A stretch of 64,000 bases of DNA from Bilabrum cf. latius. Taxonomy: Eukaryota. A program made the translations under genes and the position numbers. Each line of letters starts with the position of its first letter. The first letter of the stretch is position 1. The notes beneath the pieces were generated by a model. That model saw only the letters and a list, made by a program, of their open reading frames with translations, was not told where the DNA came from and did no database searches. Below, piece by piece: positions 50,571 to 60,814 of this stretch. The stretch lies in NCBI GenBank assembly GCA_965178125.1, contig OZ237746.1, forward strand, positions 248,001 through 312,000, read 5' to 3'.

Positions 50571-50752
50571 AGATGATAATTAAGACCATTCTATATCACT
50601 ATAGTAAATGAACCCATTTTTAAAGGAGTTGATGATAGAGCATATTGTCAAGCAAATTAATCCACGTATTTGGAAAAAATTACACGAAAAACTAAAGGAA
50701 TACAAGAAGCTCGGGCTTTGATATAAGTAGAAGACTATACTATAAAGTACTT

Positions 50753-51037
50753 ATGAAGCTACATACCTACGATTTTGAAAAGGTTGTTGAGAATTTTCTA
50801 TTTAAAGCACCCTCAAGACGCAAGAATAAGAAGTATGATGTTTTTGACGAAAATGATGAATATATTACATCGTTTGGTGATAGGCGGTATTAGCAATTTT
50901 ACGATAGAATAGGGTATTACAGCCATTTAAATCATTTAGATACGGACCGCCAATTTAGATACTTCAAACGACACGGTATCGAAGTAAAACCAAGAACCCC
51001 AAAGTTCTTCTCACATTTTTACCTTTGGAGTTCATAA
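50753..51037 (+). CDS. Tlr6F-like small protein (94 aa)
   Basis: SRRKNKKYDVF...ITSFGDRRYQQF...RYFKRH...PKFFSHFYLW. Confidence 0.72.
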
Positions 51038-51568
51038 ATGACACGTCAATAAATACACTAATTCATCAGGATTTAATGTATGTTTCTTACAAACCTTATC
51101 CACCCACTTTTTATACTAATTAGCGTTTTTCGCTCTATTCCATAACCTTACTATACAATGTCTCCCGCAGGTTGCTATATCCATTCCATCCGCCTAAAAC
51201 TAATAGGGGTTATAGTCAATTTTATAAGGAGAATGATACATTAAATAAATTAACTCAGGGTCTTCATAAAAACGTTTCCGGACGCTTTCACTCATTGTAT
51301 GCTGTTGTCTATCAGGACGAATTCCATAACTGTCAAAGAAGTATACAGTACCCTTACGCTTAAATAAGCACACCCAATGACCAGAGTTTATTTCTTCTTG
51401 GTATAGAATGATACAACAATTACAACGACTAAATAATCCATCAATACTATTGTACTATCCTAATTCTGTATATGGAACGATGTTTACCGACGTAGGAAGA
51501 AATGCCTTAATATTTGGTGGAGTTTTGAGGAGAACACGAATATCACTATCGCTAAGAGCATAATCCAT
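51032..51568 (-). CDS. Virion maturation cysteine protease (adenain/Ulp1-like clan, 178 aa)
   Basis: SGHWVCL (His), YFFDSYG (Asp), Y(TAG)F(TAG) (oxyanion Gln region), ATCGRHC (Cys); absent from the ORF track because of TAGs. Confidence 0.92.
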
Positions 51569-51757
51569 ATATATTTATTATAGAAACATATATTGGGGGA
51601 GATGAATTCTCTTAACCACTATTTAAGTGTAGAAGTATTTCTACAAAATCCGTTTTGGAATTTGTGGATAATATAAAAGACAATCATTCAAAATAAGTTT
51701 TCAACAAAAAGACAAAACACTTTAGAAAATATAAAAACATATAGTAAATATACTAAA

Positions 51758-52663
51758 ATGGCTCATTTTTCTTGGAAGGAAACTACAAAATCAACACCCA
51801 TCGCATACGATACACACGGAAAACGTATTTTATACACAGCGGAAAAGACAGACAACCAATTTGGAGATGATAGTATATCATTCTAGGATTTTCAAGTATC
51901 ATCACTTACAGGGAAACGATTTCCGCAGAGGAAAATGGATTTATTAGCACGACACTTAATCAAACAGGTCGAACCCCTAGATGAAGACATAAAATATTTA
52001 TATGAGAAAGCATAGGAAAAGAAACATAAAGAGATTACATTAAAATAGGGTGAATTTTAGTGTCTTCCAAATCCAGATATTCAAAGGGAAGTGGTATATA
52101 TCACAGCTCCAGCAGGAAGTGGGAAAAGTACTTGGGTGGGTAAATACGCTAAGAATTACAATAGATTATTTCCAGACCGACGTATTATTTTATTTTCTAG
52201 GGTTGGGGTAGATAAGGCCTTAGATGATTTGAAGAACCTAAGTAGAATTGAATTAAATTAGGAATTAGTGGAAAACCCTATTGATTGCCACACAGAATTA
52301 AAGGATTGTTTAGTTATTTTAGACGATATAGATACAGTAAGAGATAAAGACGTAAAAAAGGCTTTGATAGATTTATAGGACGATATTTTACAAGTTGGTC
52401 GCCACTCAAATACGTCAATTCTAATGACTTCTCATTTATCCACAAATTATAAAAGTACCCGAATTATTCTTGCGGAAAGTCATAAGTTCGTTATATTCCC
52501 TTAGTGTTCATCCGCACATTCTCTAAGGTATTTGTTAAAGAATTATATAGGACTTGAGAAACAAGAAATCTCTAAAGTCTTAAAAATGCCTTCCAGGTGG
52601 GTCTGTGTCCACAGGAATTACCCGAGGTATTTAATTGGAGAAAGGTAGGCTTACCTTCTATAA
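51758..52663 (+). CDS. FtsK/HerA-family (A32-like) genome packaging ATPase (301 aa)
   Basis: YITAPAGSGKST (Walker A), LVILDDID (Walker B), QVGRHSN, MTSH, TRIILAESH; ends TAA. Confidence 0.92.
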
Positions 52664-52692
52664 TTTTGGTCAAACTTGTTATAAAAGTTTCT

Positions 52693-52932
52693 TTAAATAA
52701 TATTCTATTCTCTTATATACCGACTTGCTTGAGGTAAACTCATACCAGTCTACTACATCACCATTTTTACAAGTTTATTGCGGCGTTTCATTTTGGCGCT
52801 CACTTTCCGCTTAGGCTTACTACGGCCTTTTCCAACTTTAATATGATGGTTTTTAACTCTATTTAAAGCGTCTTGTTCTTTCTATAGCGCGAGTTGTTTG
52901 GTTCTCTATATAATCCACTTATCAATATCCAT
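52693..52932 (-). CDS. Small basic putative core/DNA-binding protein (79 aa)
   Basis: GKG followed by RRNKLVKMVMQQTGMSLPQASRYIRE, a pattern I recognise from virophage small basic proteins. Confidence 0.65.
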
Positions 52933-52997
52933 TATACTATACACAAACACTTTATTTTTTATTTTTTGGTCAAGCTTTTTATAAAAGCTTATAGTAA

Positions 52998-54179
52998 ATG
53001 AAAACTGCTAAAGTGAATGCTCTTATTCAGCAAGCCCTAGAAAGGGAACTGGACAATGCTAAAATGTTAGATTTACAGGCAAGGGACGACGTAGATTTAG
53101 AAACAGAATATAGTGATTTTATAAGGAAAAGGGCAAAAATTGAACGATTAAAAGAAAGTGGAAGGTATGGAACTCCAGCGTAGAGAAAATAGGCAGACCA
53201 AAGCAACGAGGAAATCATATCTAAGTCAATATCTGGTATAATGAAAGGTATTATTGAGGGTAAAAATGTAAGTCCAGCAGTGAAAGCATTGAAGGATTTT
53301 GTTGGTAATATCAATATGTCTCCACAAATGAAGCAACAACTCGCCCGTCAATACGTTAACATAGAGAGGTTTCAAAGGAAAGGATACGAAGGACTGCAGA
53401 GAGTTCCAGCTGAGGATAGAAAACAACTCTTAGAATTAGGGAAAGTTATATAGGAGGCATCCGGACAACGAATACCGTAGGGAATGTTGGGAATTGATTA
53501 GTAGCCAACATCTTTACAAACACCTGCTCGAACAACAAGAAGAAACACGTTTTCCGCTCCAACACAAGTACAGCTTCCAAAAAGGTCTTCGGGTGCGTAT
53601 AAATAGTTATTGGAAAGAGCCAGAGAAAGAATACAACAAGACAGACCCTTAACTGAAAAACAACGAATAGCGTGGGATTTAGAATAGGGAAAGAATTTCT
53701 CACAAAGAACATCACAGGGGCAGACAAATATGTTTTAGCATTTTCAAGAGGGTTCAAGTAGTAATGCGTCAAAAACATCAAAAGACTTAGATGCCATATT
53801 AGCCGCAGCGAGCAATGAAAGACCACTACCGCAAGGAAGCACTCCGGGGGCGTGGGACCCAGAAACTGGTGAGTACTATGATATGCCGAGTAGGATGGAA
53901 ATTGAGCAGGGAATTGGAAAACGTGCTACTAGACCTGTGTAGCGATTTACGGGGTTTAGTCCGCCCTATGGAATGTAGTAGCCTGATTTAGAAGACCCAC
54001 CATCACGCGCAATGACTGTAGAAGAAAGTGGAAAACCAAAAAAGGGGAAAGGATTAACAGGTGGAAAAAGAATTATCTATGATACAGCAATGAATGTAGC
54101 CAAGAAAGTAAAAGGAAGCACTAAAAATATTCATCATTAGGTTGCTATGGAACTATTACATCTTTTAGGAAAAGATTGA
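52998..54179 (+). CDS. Putative virion core protein (393 aa)
   Basis: One frame through many TAGs to TGA; has KKGKGLTGGK, shared with the MCP tail. Confidence 0.7.
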
Positions 54180-54244
54180 CCAAAACCTCTTATATACATC
54201 TTTTGGCAACCTGATAAAAATTATATCTGTGGATATACTATAAA

Positions 54245-54736
54245 ATGTCAGTCTCAAATCTTCTATCTAAGAACAGTCTAGACCTTATGTCTCAAACTAT
54301 TACGTGTAATGTTGTGAGTAGCGACGCAATTAAAGTGTCCGCAATTACTAACTCTACGGGAGCAGTCATAGGCAATCCAAGTATTGAATTCAAAGACGGA
54401 GAGCCTTATATGGAGTGGGGTGAAACTGTTCTACGGTTTGGAAAAAACGGAGCGTCTGCTGGTTGTCAGTTCAGTATGAGCGAAGAAGGAGAAAGATGCG
54501 ATATTTCACTAGTTGGTTCATTCAAGACTTCTCAAGAGGGTGTTGTTGGGCTGAGTGAGGTTGCTGGAGCTACATTGGCTGACGCTTCTACCCCTATTAA
54601 TACGTCAGCAGAGCGAAAGTTCAAGGGCGCTTTAGTGTATAATGGAAGCGACAACGATGTCTATGTGGCGATTGGCAGTTCTTCTACATCTAGTTGGAAA
54701 TCCTTAGTGTCAGGTTCACTTATTACACCATCTTAA
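54245..54736 (+). CDS. Putative virion fibre/structural protein (163 aa)
   Basis: Directly upstream of penton and MCP; N-terminal homology to 41909-42430 with an unrelated C-terminus. Confidence 0.6.
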   Translation: MSVSNLLSKNSLDLMSQTITCNVVSSDAIKVSAITNSTGAVIGNPSIEFKDGEPYMEWGETVLRFGKNGASAGCQFSMSEEGERCDISLVGSFKTSQEGVVGLSEVAGATLADASTPINTSAERKFKGALVYNGSDNDVYVAIGSSSTSSWKSLVSGSLITPS

Positions 54737-54792
54737 TTATACTTTAGAAAAGTAATCAAACCCACCCCATAATTATAAGCCTCTATAGTAAA

Positions 54793-55902
54793 ATGAGTTC
54801 TCCAGACCGATTTTACATTACCGCAAACATACGAAATAACGAAGATACTTTCCAACCAGCGACCTATAGCGAAACCCGCAAGTAGCCATTATTAGATAAG
54901 GATGTTGGTGATTATACGATGTCAGTATTCCGGTTTTCCATAAGCACCAATTCAATACCTTTATGGGTTCCACACATAGAAACCGATAAAGTGAAAAATC
55001 CAACTTCAAATCCTAATCAAACAGTGTATAGAATAAGCATTACAGATGAAGACGGAGTAAGTTTGTGGACCTCAAGCATTCAGTGGAGACCCTAGTTAAC
55101 AGGGGAAAACCAACCCCCTTTTTCCAATCCTATGTAGTTTGTTCCTTATTATTATATGTATTCCGTGTAGCATTTTGTTGATTTATTCAACGAAACCCTA
55201 TAGAACGCTTTGTCAGCGGATATTACATCAGTTCCGGTTTTACTCTTTAAAGATGGTAAATTTTCTTTAGTAGCAAACCCCGATTACGACGAGGAAAACT
55301 CAGGACAGAAATTTAAATTAGTGTTGAATGAAGCCCTTAACGAACTGATGACGGGTTTTCCTATGGAACGAATGGATATCCAAGATGACGACTTATACGC
55401 AAGCATTCTATTCAAATCCTTAGGAACGAATGTTTAATTTGATGATGGCTCTTCTGTTGGAAAATATGAACCTTAGGCATACTTCGAGGGAAACCCAACG
55501 GGAGACTACAGATTAATGATGACCTAGGAACGAGGGAGTTTAGTGTAGTTTTAGATTTTTCGCGGAATAGTTTTCACATCTTCAAGTCTTCCAGTGAGGA
55601 GTGAGGCAATATCCTAGAAATCCGCCTATGGACAATCCACTAATACAGTTCAAAATTCAGGTTCAGGGACCGAGAGTTTATTAGTGGATATGGATTGTGT
55701 ATTAGATGATACTGAAACAGTTAATTAGTAGGTTCTTCAATACCAGCCCCATATTCTCCACGAAATTGATTTTTTAGATACACATTCAGTAGATAGGATT
55801 TAGTTTAATCTATATTGGAAAGACAATTATTCAAATCTAAGACCTCTTTATTTACGCCACGGAAGTGTGAGTGTGAAGTTTTTATTTAAGAAACGGAAGT
55901 GA
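54793..55902 (+). pseudogene. Minor capsid (penton) protein, ~369 codons, with one in-frame TAA at 55435-55437
   Basis: YSETRKQPLL..DYTMSVFRFSISTNSIPLWVP at the N-terminus; IVFTSSSLPVRSE and LYWKDNYSNLRPLYL...SVKFLFKKR at the C-terminus; immediately upstream of MCP; frame continues unshifted past the TAA. Confidence 0.8.
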
Positions 55903-56007
55903 AATTAGTTTTGTATTACTTTTATGAAGAAACGAGTTTGCGTTCTTTTCTAAAGAACTGAGTGATAGAATTTTATTCGTTGTATATAATATACAAGGAA
56001 AACAAAA

Positions 56008-57774
56008 ATGTCATTGAATACATTTGCCCTTCAGCCAGTCAAAGTATCTCCCGCAACATTAGACGTACAACCAAAGCCTTATGAAGTTCAAGAAGGTTAT
56101 GAGAACCGAACGTTTCGCAGATACGCTCCATCTGGTTCAGCCGGTAATTATAATTCAGGTGTGAATTGGAATATTAGTATGCCTTCAGGTGTAGGTTTAT
56201 GCCGCCGCGCATACGTGTCTTGCCGTTTTTCCATTACCTTTTCCGTGAATAATCAAACCGCAGGTGCTCTCGTACCATTTACACCAGATTACGATGCTCC
56301 ACGCTCATATCCACTTAATCGCTCCATTGCAACACAGACAGTTGGTATCAATAACATTCGCTTTACTTAGAATAACGCGGAAATAATGGACGTAGTGTCC
56401 CATTGTTTAGATGATGATGTTCATCGTGTGAATTGCCTTGATAGTGTGTATAGACGCGACAATGTGCCTTCATACGCGATGATGAGTTAGGCTACAAATA
56501 ACGCTCTTGCTTCGTATGAGGACGTGCTTTAGGACCAACCCGCAAGAGGAAGTGGATTTTATAACTTGGTTCAAATGGATAACACTCCAGTGCCCGCAGG
56601 TCAAACGCAAAATCGTGTTCTTGTCTTTGAATGTACTGAGGCGGTTCTTTGCCCACCTTTCCATTACGAAAGTAAATAGGAACAACCAGCCATTTTCGGT
56701 TTAGAAACTCTTTCCTTGGATATCAATTGGTCGCAACTGAGTAGAACCGTGTGGTCTCGTATTCCACAATAGGACTTAACTGCTACCGTTTAGTCGGTAG
56801 ATGTCCAGAACCCCTATTTATACCTTGAATAGATTACCCCTAAAACAGGGTTTGTCCTTCCAAAACAGGTATCCTATGATATTTTTGAAATGACTTCATA
56901 TACTCAAAGCTATGGTGCAACAATCAGCGCAGGAACAACAGCAACTCTTACGAACAACAATATTAAACTTAGCAATTCAGTTCCATCTCGTCTATTTGTG
57001 TTTGCCCGTCGCTCACCTACCAGCGTCTCAGTAGATTAGGGAAACACATTCCTTGGAATTGAGGGAATATCTATTGAGATGAATAACCAAAGTGGATTAC
57101 TCGCAGATGCTTCACCTCAGTAGCTATGGGACTTATCCAGAAGCAATGGACTTGAATAGCAATACGCGGAATGGGCTATGCGTAAATTCGGGGATAGGGT
57201 GCTATCAGGCGCAATTCTCTCCATCGACCCCGCCAAGGATTTGAGCCTAGATGTAGATTAGACAAATGGAAGCAACGGCTCTAACCAATTGTCTATCACC
57301 CTACGAGTGAAGAATAATGATGTTGTAGATTACCAAAATGTGTAGTGTGTGGTTGTGGGATTGTACGAAGGAGTAATGAATGTGATTGATGGTTCTAAGA
57401 TTGAGTATTAGCAGGGTGTCATCTCACGGGCAGATGTTCTTTCCGCCTCTAAACTACCCGTAGTATATGAAAGTCAATTATCAGGACTACACGGTCGCGG
57501 TCTTGGGAAAAAGATTAGACACGCCTTAAAAAAGTTCGCACACAAAACCGCTGATTGGGTAAAGAAAGGCAATCTCAAAAAAGTATTAAAGGATGGTAAG
57601 TAGGTATTTGACACCGCTAAAATGGTGGGTGAAATGGCTGGTATGGGACGCCAAAGGAAACCCCGAAAAACTACCAAGAAAGGCAAGGGCTTAACAGGTG
57701 CCAAGTTGGGTTCTGGATTAACAGGTGGTAAATCTCTCTCTCGCAATCAATTACTCGCTATGCTCCAAGCTTGA
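56008..57774 (+). CDS. Virophage-type double-jelly-roll major capsid protein (588 aa)
   Basis: APRSYPLNRSIATQTVGINN, VPSRLFVFARR, NNQSGLLADAS, LSIDPAKDL; basic Gly-rich C-terminal extension; intact with TAG=Gln; ends TGA. Confidence 0.9.
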
Positions 57775-57829
57775 GTATGAAAAGGGTAAACCAATAAATA
57801 TTTGTCTTGGTATATAGTATATCAAAACA

Positions 57830-58447
57830 ATGTCAGTATCATCTGCTGTAATGGTTGCTGGGACTTTGGCTCCTTTAATGTATTCTGGTAGTCGGTGTCT
57901 ATATTCTTGGTGGACGAAAGACGGAACTTAGAAACAGAAATCCTGCGTGGTTGTTCCAAAAGGCTCTGGGAAAACTACTTTGTGTCGCTCTATAGAAAGT
58001 GTTGATAAAGACACTTTGGTCATTGACTTAGATGAATGCGTAAATGGTTAGATTTCAGGGTAGGAAAAATAGAAAATGGAGAAAATGCTAATTGATGGTG
58101 ATGAAAGCACCCACCGTCTCTTTTATTACTCTTAGTCAAGATTAGTGTATGAAAAAATTAAAGCGGATTGGCTCACAAAGAAATCCAGGCGTTTAATTGT
58201 TATGGTTGGTTCGTTGGAATTAGCGAAAGATTTATTTAAGGAAAGTTCAATTTTTGTGTGTGTGCCTTCTCACAGTCTTTTTGAGGAAATCCGTGAAGGG
58301 AAAAAATCGGGGGACTTATTGTCTGTAGAACGCTCAAGAACGAATTTAATCGCTGGATTACATTAGAGTTAGTACTGTGTCTATTCATCCTTTTAGCAAC
58401 TGGAGGAATTCGTCCGGAAAACCTTCGGTCTTGGAAGTCGTCTATGA
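57830..58447 (+). CDS. Small P-loop NTPase/kinase-like protein (205 aa) with hydrophobic N-terminus
   Basis: VVVPKGSGKTTL and LVIDLDE. Confidence 0.7.
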
Positions 58448-58472
58448 GTTTTTTAATACAAGCCTATACTAA

Positions 58473-59783
58473 ATGGATAGTTTTTATACACTTAGTGGCG
58501 GAAAAATGAATTCTGGTTTTGTTAAGACGTACATTAGTGTCAAAGAACCAAAGAGTAAAACAACAAGGACATGGAAAAGTGAACATCCTTATTCTAAAGA
58601 AGCCCTTGAAAAAGCAATTAAGTTTGAAGATGGTGTGCGAAGCACCCCCTCTCGGCGCAGTTAGCTGGCGCAACAGCTTAAAGATGGTGTGCGAAGCACC
58701 CCCTCTCGGCGCAGTTAGCTGGCGCAACAGCTTAAAGATGGTGTGGGAACAAAAGGAAAACCAAAAAAGAAATCCTAGAAGAAATCCACACAATCCAACA
58801 CACTTCATTAGTATTTAAAAGATGGTTTGCGAAGCACCCCCTCTCGGCGCAGTTAGCTGGCGCAACAGCTTAAGGGTGGAGTAGTGTATGGGAATTCAAA
58901 CGAAGTCCAGAGAACACTACAGCAATACGGGGATAGAACAATTATAGCTATGAAAGTAATTAGAACCCCCATTAGTGGCGCGATTAATCGGTTGCTTAAC
59001 TGGATTACCCTTGGAAAAATGAAAAAGTTAAAAAATAAACACGGATATAATGATTTTTTTCACTTAGCCTTAGAGTTGAACCTTGGAGGTGGAAAAAAGA
59101 TTTATCTTGAGAAGAATGAGAGGGTTAATTTGTCCTCAAGATTTTCCACCAACAAGAAAACACAAACTATGGAAGTAAATATTAATGGAAAACCTTAGAA
59201 AACAGTAAGGGAATTATATGAAACCACTTTACAGAAAATAGGAGAATACAATTTTTATTAGTATCGTGCTTTCTCGTTGAATTGTCAAAAGTTCATTTAG
59301 GATGTTCTACGCACAAATGGGTTTTTGACACCACCCTTAAACCAATTTATTATGTAGGATGTAGAGAGTATTGCTAAGAACGTATCGGGATTTACTAAGA
59401 GAGTGGCTAATGCTGCTACTGATGTGGCTGGGTATTTTTCCAAATGGTTCGGGAGAGGTTTAGATGATTTACCGGAAGATGTAAGAAACGCTTTAAGAAA
59501 AAATTAGGAAAAGCATAAGTAGAACACAGAAAGGGATTTTGGACAAGATTTTAAGGAAGGTTGGGATTTAGCAACTAAAACAGTTGGAAGACCAATTATG
59601 AAAGAAATCCATTCGCATACGAATGACCCAGTATCGGGTATGTATCTGGAAATATTTGGAGGTCAATGTCAGTGTGAAACAAAACGTTCAAGAGTTATGA
59701 AAATGGCGTCCATTTTAAGAGGAAAAGGAATATCCAAGAAGACAGCACTTAAGTAGGCTTGGAAAATGTTTGCGTATGATTAA
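58473..59783 (+). CDS. 436-aa protein with three 18-aa repeats and a permuted papain-like (PPPDE/LRAT-like) thiol-hydrolase domain
   Basis: Single frame with TAG=Gln; FFHLAL...YLEKNE...YQYRAFSLNCQKFI (His before NCQ Cys); basic C-terminal tail; ends TAA. Confidence 0.68.
58627..58872 (+). repeat. 54-bp GC-rich coding repeat: two tandem copies (58627-58734) and a third at ~58819-58872
   Basis: AAGATGGTGTGCGAAGCACCCCCTCTCGGCGCAGTTAGCTGGCGCAACAGCTTA; in frame as DGVRSTPSRRSQLAQQLK. Confidence 0.95.
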
Positions 59784-59803
59784 TTTATGATTGTGTATAG
59801 TAA

Positions 59804-60445
59804 ATGGCGGGTGTTGATGATTATACCGAAGAACAACTACATTTACTGGCTAGTTAGCCACATCAGAGTTTGGGGAAAGACGCTAGACAAGCACTAGCAA
59901 TTTTGAAAGGATTGAGGAAGCACTAGAGTATAGGGGAAAAGTACGCTAATCGTGTATATGTAAACCCTTAGGAAAGGGAAATGATGGAAATGCTCGCCGA
60001 AAAGACCGAACAAGAATTTGATACGCTAGGAATTGACAAAGATAGTGATGGTGATTATGACGTGGGTATACTAAAATTCTTATCACCATCACTACACGAG
60101 CAACACGACACAACACTTGATGATTTTAATTAGGCAATTCATAGAAAATATGCGTCAGAACGGAGAGATACTATGCGTGAATTTTTTGATGCTAGAGAGA
60201 AGGGAAATAGTTAGAAAGAACTATTATCATCGAGATAGGCTAGAGTAATGCGAATGGGTGGTGAAGTGCCTGATTGGGGCTCGAACGAAAGAGCGAAGTA
60301 GAGTTTTAAACCACAAAAAACTGGAAAAGGGAGGCGCCGTCGGAAAAACCCAAAAGCAAAACTAGCAATGAAAATCGCTCAGTAGTTAAGAGGTAGAGGA
60401 TATGGGAAAAGTGATGCTCTAAAAATTGCTTGGTAGAATGTATGA
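59804..60445 (+). CDS. Putative virion core protein (213 aa) with basic C-terminal tail
   Basis: Open with TAG=Gln; GKG then AMKIAQQLRGRGYGKSDALKIAW, similar to the tail of 58473-59783. Confidence 0.7.
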
Positions 60446-60486
60446 CTTAAATCTAACTCTATAGTATAATACTATAGAATACAAAA

Positions 60487-60759
60487 ATGACACTCAGTCA
60501 TTCAGAAAGAAAAGAACAGGATAAGCTGTATGCCCGTGAATACTACCGGAAAAACAAGGAAAAACTTGGAGAATAGATAAAGTGTTCCTGTGGTGGTGTA
60601 TATAAGAAGTACAATAAATCACATCATTGTAGAACCAAAAAACACCTTGATTGGCTTCAAAAAGAGGAAGACACAAAAAGGGAACAAATTAATATTATGG
60701 ATGAACTTGATAGTTTGCGATAGGAAATTTAGAGACTAAAGGAAAAGCAGACTATTTAA
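60487..60759 (+). CDS. Small zinc-finger protein (90 aa)
   Basis: EYYRKNKEK..IKCSCGGVYKKYNKSHHCRTKKH; homolog of 41566-41868. Confidence 0.8.
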
Positions 60760-60814
60760 TTCAATCTTTTCTAAAAATTTTCATGCCGTTCCGCCGGCAA
60801 ACTGCGGTGTTTGG

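Noticed and set aside
49343-50589. ORFs 49343-49762, 49437-49757, 49962-50198, 50398-50589
   Set aside because: They are translations of terminal DNA repeats with no protein-like motifs.
58627-58872. CRISPR-like or tRNA-like repeat
   Set aside because: Copies are directly tandem without unique spacers, lie in frame in a CDS, and show no cloverleaf or T-loop consensus.
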